DNA from: an uncultured Roseburia sp.
GTDB lineage: Bacteria > Bacillota > Clostridia > Lachnospirales > Lachnospiraceae
Direction: 5' to 3'
Length of the DNA stretch: 32,000 bases
Assembly (NCBI GenBank): GCA_947644305.1
Contig: CANRYS010000009.1
Coordinates: 88,873-120,872 of the forward strand
Shown here one piece after another: positions 26,429 through 32,000 of the stretch; position 1 is the stretch's first letter, and each line of letters starts with the position of its first letter. The notes under the pieces are model-generated. The model made no database searches, was not told the origin of the DNA, and was given only the letters and a program-made list of their open reading frames with translations. The position numbers were made by a program, and so were the translations under genes.

Positions 26429-26429
26429 A

Positions 26430-27188
26430 CTACCACCCCATATCTTTCAAAAATGCGGAAAGCTTTTCATGCCTCTGGCTGTCACCGTGGGCATATCTTC
26501 CCAGATTACATTCACCTAAAATAACACCATCCTTCAAGTACAGTATACGGTTGCCGCGGCGTGCAGAGCGCATATCATGTGTTACCATAACTACGCTCTG
26601 CTCCTGCTCATTAAAGCTTGTAAGAGTATCTAAAACATCAAGTCCCGTCTGGGAATTCAGGGCACCGGTGGGTTCATCGGCAAAGAGAATTTCAGGGCTG
26701 TTGATCAGCGCCCGGACAATTCCCACCCGCTGGGCCTCACCCCCAGAGATCTGTGTCGGGAATTTCTTTTGTGTTTCTTCAGAAATACCTACTGCCCCAA
26801 ACAATTCTTTTGCCCTGGCAACAAGTTCATTTTTTTCTTTACTTACGAGAAGCCCCGCGGCAAGCACATTGTCCATAACGCTCATGCTGTCGATCAGATA
26901 AATCTGCTGGAACACAAAACCACAATGATCACGGCGGAATACAGCAAGTGCATCGGAATCCAGGTCAGAAATAACCCTTTTTCCAAAAGTAATCCTGCCG
27001 AGTGTGGGCGTATCCATTCCCGACAAGGCATACAAAAGCGTAGATTTCCCTGCGCCGCTTGCCCCCATGATAACAGTAAAATCACCTTTATACAGCTGTA
27101 AGTCAATATTCTTCAAAACATGCTGCAAAGCGCCGCTGTTTGAAAAAGATTTGCTTAATTTCTCAGTTTTTAACAAAATATCATTCAT
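26430..27188 (-). CDS. ABC transporter ATP-binding protein (MacB/LolD-like)
   Basis: Walker A GASGAGKST, signature ISGGEAQRV, Walker B ILFADEPTGALN, H-loop VTHD. AGGAGGG RBS. The gene abuts the permease start. Confidence 0.93.
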   Translation of the reverse strand: MNDILLKTEKLSKSFSNSGALQHVLKNIDLQLYKGDFTVIMGASGAGKSTLLYALSGMDTPTLGRITFGKRVISDLDSDALAVFRRDHCGFVFQQIYLIDSMSVMDNVLAAGLLVSKEKNELVARAKELFGAVGISEETQKKFPTQISGGEAQRVGIVRALINSPEILFADEPTGALNSQTGLDVLDTLTSFNEQEQSVVMVTHDMRSARRGNRILYLKDGVILGECNLGRYAHGDSQRHEKLSAFLKDMGW

Positions 27189-27215
27189 TGGACAGCCCTC
27201 CTTTTTACACGTTCT

Positions 27216-27269
27216 ATTATATATTTTTAAATCTTAATGGTCTTTAGGCAATCCTTAAATATTTCTTAA
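27216..27269 (-). promoter_or_regulatory. candidate activator-dependent promoter with four TTAAGA-like hexamers upstream of the ABC genes
   Basis: Minus strand: TTAAGA (27264-69), TTAAGG (27253-58), TAAAGA (27241-46) and TTAAGA (27232-37), with spacings of 11, 12 and 9 nt. TATAAT follows at 27216-21 with no good -35. This pattern fits OmpR-type response-regulator boxes, but it is unproven. Confidence 0.3.
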
Positions 27270-27289
27270 ACTATGAAAATCACGAAAAT

Positions 27290-28549
27290 TCAATCCTTCA
27301 TCGGGATCCAGACCGTTACCCGCAGTCCAGATGTTCCGTTTTCAATATCCAGCCGTCCATTCATCTTTTTCATACAATAATCAGAAATATATAGTCCCAG
27401 TCCTGCGCCTTCGATATCCTTTGTGTTACTTCCGCGCTTAAATTTCTCTTTCAGAAGCGGTAGTTCTGATCCCTCGACACCCCCACCGCAGTCCTCTATG
27501 GAAACCACAAGAAAGCAGTCCTCCGCGCTTACCGATACATTGATATTTGTGTCGGCATATTTATAAGAATTGGCAAAGATATTGTCAAACACCTGCTGCA
27601 GACGAAGCCTGTCCGCAAAAAGCATGCAGCCGGGGATATCAGGATGCCTGGCTCTGTGGAGATAATCTGCATTTTCCAACAATTCCCGCAGCTCTGCGCT
27701 TTTCATATCGATCGGCATCACGGAAAGTTCCTGAAGTTCTTCTAATGTAGCTGAGAACAGATTGGTAACCAGCGTGTTGATCTGATCTGCCTTTTGGATG
27801 ATCTGCTCATAATTGCCCCTGCTTTTTTCATTCTCCGCCAGCGCTGATCCCACCTCCGAGGCAGCCTTAATACTTGCAACTGGTGTTTTTATATCATGGG
27901 ACAGTTTCACCACCAGCTCCTTTTTACCCGCATTTGCCCGTGCCTCGGCGATTCGCGCTTTTTTCAGTTCCGAGCGCATAATATCAAAACTTTCGGTAAA
28001 TGCACCGAACAGATTCTTCCGGTCCATTTCCAGCGGGATATCCAGATTTCCGTCTGCAACACGCTCCGCAAATTTTTTCAATTTCCGAAAAGGCCAGATT
28101 ACCACATGATGTATATAGAAAAAATATCCCGCACAAATTCCACAATGCAAAAACAATGCTGCTATAACAGCAAAAATGACACTCTGCTTTTCAGATCGAA
28201 AAATCAGCGCGTCGTTATTATAAAGGATAAGTTTTCCAACCATTGATCCTTCTATTTCAATATCAAGAATAGTATCTTTATGTCTGACTGCCGTATTCAG
28301 GTTCTCACTCAGTCCCGATCTCGTTTTATACAAAACAGCACCATCCAAATCAATCACAACATAATCCATAGCTGTGGGATTAACATGATCCTCAAGGAAA
28401 TCCCAACTGCTCCGCACTGTCTGTACTATTTCGTTAACCGCCACTGTGTCCTGTCGGTCCCCTGTTTTAGAACGGGCAAAAAGTATGAGTACAGCGAGCT
28501 CTATGATAAAAACAGTCAGCATTCCACAGAAAAAAACACGAGTTTTCAT
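27290..28549 (-). CDS. sensor histidine kinase
   Basis: Two TM segments flank a roughly 90-aa extracytoplasmic segment. HAMP-like linker, H-box LSHDIKTPVASIKA, N-box FANSYKY, G-box GAGLGLYIS. The ATG overlaps the upstream gene's stop (ATGA). Confidence 0.9.
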   Translation of the reverse strand: MKTRVFFCGMLTVFIIELAVLILFARSKTGDRQDTVAVNEIVQTVRSSWDFLEDHVNPTAMDYVVIDLDGAVLYKTRSGLSENLNTAVRHKDTILDIEIEGSMVGKLILYNNDALIFRSEKQSVIFAVIAALFLHCGICAGYFFYIHHVVIWPFRKLKKFAERVADGNLDIPLEMDRKNLFGAFTESFDIMRSELKKARIAEARANAGKKELVVKLSHDIKTPVASIKAASEVGSALAENEKSRGNYEQIIQKADQINTLVTNLFSATLEELQELSVMPIDMKSAELRELLENADYLHRARHPDIPGCMLFADRLRLQQVFDNIFANSYKYADTNINVSVSAEDCFLVVSIEDCGGGVEGSELPLLKEKFKRGSNTKDIEGAGLGLYISDYCMKKMNGRLDIENGTSGLRVTVWIPMKD

Positions 28550-29226
28550 TGATTCCCTCCGATAAACTGGTAGCCGTCGCCCCAGACTGTAATAATATAC
28601 TCAGGATTCCCCGGTTCCCGTTCAATTGCCTTGCGTAATTTGCGGATATGCACATTCAGCGTGCCATCGCCTGTATACTTATCCTCCCAGACTTTTTCAA
28701 AAAGCTCCTGCTTTGGGATCATCCGTCCTTCGTTTTGTATCAGATATGCCAGCAGCTTAAATTCGAGAGAGGTCAGTTTTACTGGAGTTCCATCAACTAA
28801 AACCTGCCTCGCATTAAAATCCACTACCAAACGTCCGCTGTCATATTTTACTGTCTCCCTGCTCCCATAGCGTTTGAGTACTGCTTTGACTTTTGCCAGC
28901 AAAACACTGAGAGAGCAGGGTTTTTGAATATAATCGTCGCCGCCAATGCTTAAGGCAATAATTTTATCATCATCACTTGTCCGCGCAGAGATAAACAGGA
29001 TAGGAATATCTGTAGTTTCCCGGAGCTCTTTACACAGCTCAAAGCCGCTGCCATCACCAAGATTTATATCCAGCAGAAGCAGTTCCGCCCTATTTTCTTT
29101 GAAAAAATTCCTACAGTCTGAAACACTGTATGCAAGCGCAGTTTTCACGCCAAAAAGGTTGAAATATTCCGCTGTACTGTCTGCAAGCAGCTTTTCATCA
29201 TCTATAATTAAACAATCGTATGTCAT
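28546..29226 (-). CDS. OmpR/PhoB-family response regulator
   Basis: Receiver domain (CLIIDDE...LLLLDINLGD...KP) plus a winged helix (LTSLEFKLLAYLIQNEG...VWGDGYQF). ATG 29226 is preferred (AAAGGTGA 6 nt upstream). The track start at 29232 is TTG. Confidence 0.92.
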   Translation of the reverse strand: MTYDCLIIDDEKLLADSTAEYFNLFGVKTALAYSVSDCRNFFKENRAELLLLDINLGDGSGFELCKELRETTDIPILFISARTSDDDKIIALSIGGDDYIQKPCSLSVLLAKVKAVLKRYGSRETVKYDSGRLVVDFNARQVLVDGTPVKLTSLEFKLLAYLIQNEGRMIPKQELFEKVWEDKYTGDGTLNVHIRKLRKAIEREPGNPEYIITVWGDGYQFIGGNQ

Positions 29227-29396
29227 TTTCAATCACCTTTCTTGAATTTATCGATCTTTTTAATATATACATTATATCATTCATATATAAAACTTACTAT
29301 CCATAATCTTGCTCTGTGCGTAATAGCAGACAAGAGGGTGAAAGCAACGAGTCTATACCTAAATGTATAAAAAAAACTTAAAAAGGAAAATTTTAC

Positions 29397-29426
29397 TTGC
29401 TTTTTTATATATAGTAAAGATATAAT
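29397..29426 (+). promoter_or_regulatory. candidate promoter of the Big_2 protein gene
   Basis: TTGCTT (29397-29402), an 18-nt spacer, then TATAAT (29421-29426). Confidence 0.4.
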
Positions 29427-29464
29427 AATCTAGAAAATTACAAATGAAATTAGGAGGAAAAAGT

Positions 29465-30532
29465 ATGAAACAAATGAAAAGGTATTTAGTCTTAGTATTG
29501 ATATTTGCCATGGGCATTTCTATTTTGCCGATGAATGCAAGTGCAGCCAAAAAACCAAGGCTAAGTAAAACAAAGGTAACAATGCAGGTAGGAAAAACAG
29601 TACAGCTTAAAGTAAAAAATAACAAGAAAAAAGTGAAATGGTCTTCATCAAATAAAAAAGTGGCTGCTGTTTCCAAAAAAGGAAAAGTTAAAGCGATAAA
29701 CAGCGGTAATGCAAAAATTACTGCTAAGATATCGAAAAAGAAATTAGTATGTAGAGTTAAAGTAAAGAGAACTGTTACTGATAAAGATAATAATACCAAT
29801 GGGGATACGTCACAAAGTAATGACGGAAAGATTAATCCAAATGTAACTTCCACAGAGCAGCCAACTATAACTGTACCGACCGCGACTCCAGCAGTAGCAC
29901 CAACCGCAGCTTCAACAGCTCCACCGACCACGACTCCAACAGTAACACCGACCATAACTCCGACAGTAGCGCCAACCGTAACCCCAACAGTGGCGCCAGT
30001 AATCCAACCAACAACAACCCCTTTATCGACACCTACGTTGGATTCTATTGCTGCAAATTATAGAACCCTTAAAACTTACATACAAAACAATGGCAAAACG
30101 CAACAATCAGGAGAAAATAAATTTATTGTAAATTATATAGATGAATTTATGTATACGATTGAATATAACAATGAAGACGAAGCCTTTGTTTTTTCAACAT
30201 ATAGTGAAATAGATTTATCAAATGGGGGAGATTGTCGAAATTTGCTGACTGTGGAAATAAAAGAAAGCGATTTGAGGAATGGTGATTTGGAGTTTGTCAC
30301 ATTGTTTTCTAGTGGTGCATGCGCAATGCTTACCTTAACCGACAGTTTGGAAAAACTAGATTTTAACTCCCCGTTGGATTGGAAGGTTGTTGACTATATT
30401 GGGCTAGATGAAGACTCTTGGAAAGAGCAAGCGGATGTATATGGTGGATTATCCTATCTCGGTTGGAATCTTTTGCTTGAAAAAACCGTAAAAATGAATT
30501 TATCTGACTTGGGATTTGGAATTGCTATATAA
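29465..30532 (+). CDS. secreted protein: signal peptide, Big_2 (bacterial Ig-like) domain, Pro/Thr linker, uncharacterised C-terminal domain
   Basis: ATG 29465 lies 6 nt after AGGAGG. Signal peptide MKQMKRYLVLVLIFAMGISILPMNASA. KTKVTMQVGKTVQLKV...AVSKKGKVKAINSGNAKITAKI fits Big_2. A (PT[VA]x)n linker spans about 29870-30030. The last roughly 160 aa carry no motif I recognise. Confidence 0.75.
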   Translation: MKQMKRYLVLVLIFAMGISILPMNASAAKKPRLSKTKVTMQVGKTVQLKVKNNKKKVKWSSSNKKVAAVSKKGKVKAINSGNAKITAKISKKKLVCRVKVKRTVTDKDNNTNGDTSQSNDGKINPNVTSTEQPTITVPTATPAVAPTAASTAPPTTTPTVTPTITPTVAPTVTPTVAPVIQPTTTPLSTPTLDSIAANYRTLKTYIQNNGKTQQSGENKFIVNYIDEFMYTIEYNNEDEAFVFSTYSEIDLSNGGDCRNLLTVEIKESDLRNGDLEFVTLFSSGACAMLTLTDSLEKLDFNSPLDWKVVDYIGLDEDSWKEQADVYGGLSYLGWNLLLEKTVKMNLSDLGFGIAI

Positions 30533-30568
30533 TCAGCCTACCCTTTTAGTTTAGACAGAGAATTATGG

Positions 30569-30605
30569 CCACCGGCTAAGCGCTTAGCCGGTGGTTTGTT
30601 TTTTC
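30569..30605 (+). terminator. rho-independent terminator
   Basis: CCACCGGCTAAG-CG-CTTAGCCGGTGG (30569-30594) followed by TTTGTTTTTT. Confidence 0.85.
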
Positions 30606-30673
30606 AAATCCATATACTTCTCTGAGCGAACATGATAATGGCAATCTGGTTCTTCCACTTAAGTACATTTATG

Positions 30674-30682
30674 TGTTATACT
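30674..30682 (+). promoter_or_regulatory. extended -10 promoter candidate for the OLD-family gene
   Basis: TGtTATACT (30674-30682). The -35 (TCCACT, 30654-59) is weak. GGAG RBS lies 8 nt before ATG 30728. Confidence 0.35.
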
Positions 30683-30727
30683 ATATTGGAACATTATGTT
30701 AAAACATTAAGCAAATGGAGAAAACTT

Positions 30728-32000
30728 ATGGGAATATCTACTATAGAAATTAAAAATTTTAAATCACTAAAAAGCATATACTATGATTTTTCAAGTAAAT
30801 ATGACGCTTTTTGTATATTGGGAGAAAATGGGGCAGGAAAATCAAATTTTTTAGATGCCATTCAATATTTTTATGAAAAGCTTTCATCGAGAAAATGTTT
30901 TGGTGATGATGTATTAGATAAAGTTAATACTTACTCACAAAAAATGCAAATTGAAGTAGTATATGATTTAAGACAATTATATAAAATTAGCTCTAACTCC
31001 TATTTAGATGATATGATTAATTTACTCCAGAATTATACAAAGGACTTTAAAATTGCTATTAAACTAATTCAGTATCGCTCTGGAGAGATAAAATGGTTTC
31101 CTAATAACTATAAAGTTCGACATGCTATAAGTAAAATATTTCCATTCTATATGATAGACACCAGATTTATCTCCTTACAAGAATGGTCGCAACTTTGGGA
31201 AGTAATGGCCGAATTAGGAATCAGTAAACCAGAAAAGAATGATAGTCAGGTCATCCAACTACTAGACACCTGTTTTGAAGATATATATAAAGAAAAATAC
31301 ACAAAATCAATGGAAAGAATTCAGGAAATTTTGTCTACAGAAAAGATTTATATAAATCATAAGGACTACAAAACAAAATTTATGAACGCTCTCCAATTGC
31401 GCTTAGGCGGTAATGAATTTATGCATGATGGTAATAATCTCTTTTATAATTCCGACGGTGTAAACTCATTGAAATACACAAAATTATTTTTGCATCTAAT
31501 ATCTTCACTAGCCGAAACAGGGTGGAAGGATCCATTAATTATTCTTGATGAGCCTGAAATGGGTTTACATATGAGTTACATTGATGAATTGGTAGAATGT
31601 ATAAGCAGAGTGAGTAGCAAACGAGTAAATATCGCGTTTGCTACTCACTCTACATACCTGATTTCTAAACTTATAAAATACGATTTAGAGATATGTATTG
31701 ATAGAGTTTTTAATTACAATGATTACTCTTATTTTGAGCGAATGCGTGATATTGTAGATGATGCAGATAAAAACATAATTAGTACTCGTGAAACAGAATG
31801 TTATTTTTCGAAAGGTATTGTATTTGTTGAGGGTAAGACAGAATTTCAAGTTTTTCATCATCAAAAACTTATAGAATTGTTTCCCCAATTAAAACATCTT
31901 CATTTTTATCAATCCTCGGATGGCGCTTGTATGAAGATCATTGATCCAAGCAACGGAAAATATACTGTACCATACTTAATTATTTCAGATATGGACAAGA
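30728..32000 (+). CDS. OLD-family nuclease (ABC-type ATPase + TOPRIM), first 424 codons; continues past the right edge
   Basis: Not in the ORF track because there is no stop. My translation from ATG 30728 is open to 32000: MGISTIEIKNFKSLKSIYYDFSSKYDAFCILGENGAGKSNFLDAI... Motifs are Walker A GENGAGKS (30821-30844), signature-like NSDGVNSL, Walker B LIILDEPEMGLH (D at 31547) and ATHS. TOPRIM is IVFVEGKTE (E at 31829) and IISDMD (31988-31996). Confidence 0.85.
   Translation, partial: MGISTIEIKNFKSLKSIYYDFSSKYDAFCILGENGAGKSNFLDAIQYFYEKLSSRKCFGDDVLDKVNTYSQKMQIEVVYDLRQLYKISSNSYLDDMINLLQNYTKDFKIAIKLIQYRSGEIKWFPNNYKVRHAISKIFPFYMIDTRFISLQEWSQLWEVMAELGISKPEKNDSQVIQLLDTCFEDIYKEKYTKSMERIQEILSTEKIYINHKDYKTKFMNALQLRLGGNEFMHDGNNLFYNSDGVNSLKYTKLFLHLISSLAETGWKDPLIILDEPEMGLHMSYIDELVECISRVSSKRVNIAFATHSTYLISKLIKYDLEICIDRVFNYNDYSYFERMRDIVDDADKNIISTRETECYFSKGIVFVEGKTEFQVFHHQKLIELFPQLKHLHFYQSSDGACMKIIDPSNGKYTVPYLIISDMDK

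Noticed and set aside
24086-29226. Calling the module a canonical BceRS-BceAB bacitracin-type system.
   Set aside because: The permease is not the 10-TM BceB type with a single large loop, and the kinase has a sizeable extracytoplasmic domain. It is therefore described only generically as a two-component-coupled FtsX/ABC exporter.
29359-29955. A 198-aa minus-strand ORF antisense to the Big_2 gene.
   Set aside because: It mirrors the Pro/Thr-repeat DNA, giving a low-complexity V/G/T/A-rich product. It has no RBS and lies fully inside a well-supported plus-strand gene.

Overview
Firmicutes-type chromosomal segment. Gene content suggests a spore-forming Clostridia member, possibly Lachnospiraceae-like; this is inference only. 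Positions 1-21.5 kb are ordinary core genes, mostly on the minus strand: the 5' 894 codons of rpoB, an orphan AAA-ATPase/PD-(D/E)XK gene, a DUF885 lipoprotein, an alpha/beta hydrolase, thyX, glgB, a pgcA-type phosphoglucomutase, a PEGA lipoprotein, a CotS-family protein, a ytvI-like AI-2E permease and a histidine kinase/OmpR pair. A DAHP synthase and a GH43 glycosidase follow on the plus strand. A tRNA-Arg(CCT) at 21722-21793 marks the switch to a mosaic accessory segment (21.8-32 kb) that is AT-richer in parts. That segment holds an intact UPF0175 antitoxin with a doubly frameshifted PIN (DUF3368) toxin, a start-less and frameshifted HEPN (Rx4H) gene, and a 27-codon nucleotidyltransferase stub. 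It also holds a two-component-coupled ABC/FtsX exporter, a secreted Big_2 protein and an OLD-family (ABC-ATPase + TOPRIM) nuclease gene that runs off the right edge. I cannot demonstrate a complete new multi-gene system from this window. The best leads are: (1) the edge-truncated OLD nuclease, whose partner genes are out of view; (2) a 161-bp multi-hairpin element bounded by 17-bp direct repeats between GH43 and the tRNA; (3) a 143-bp tandem repeat plus 127-bp composite palindrome upstream of the rpoB promoter; (4) a 25-nt motif found twice in the same position relative to flanking genes. All family calls come from motifs read by eye and need HMM/BLAST confirmation. Several ORF-track starts were moved to the start codon best supported by a ribosome-binding site (RBS).
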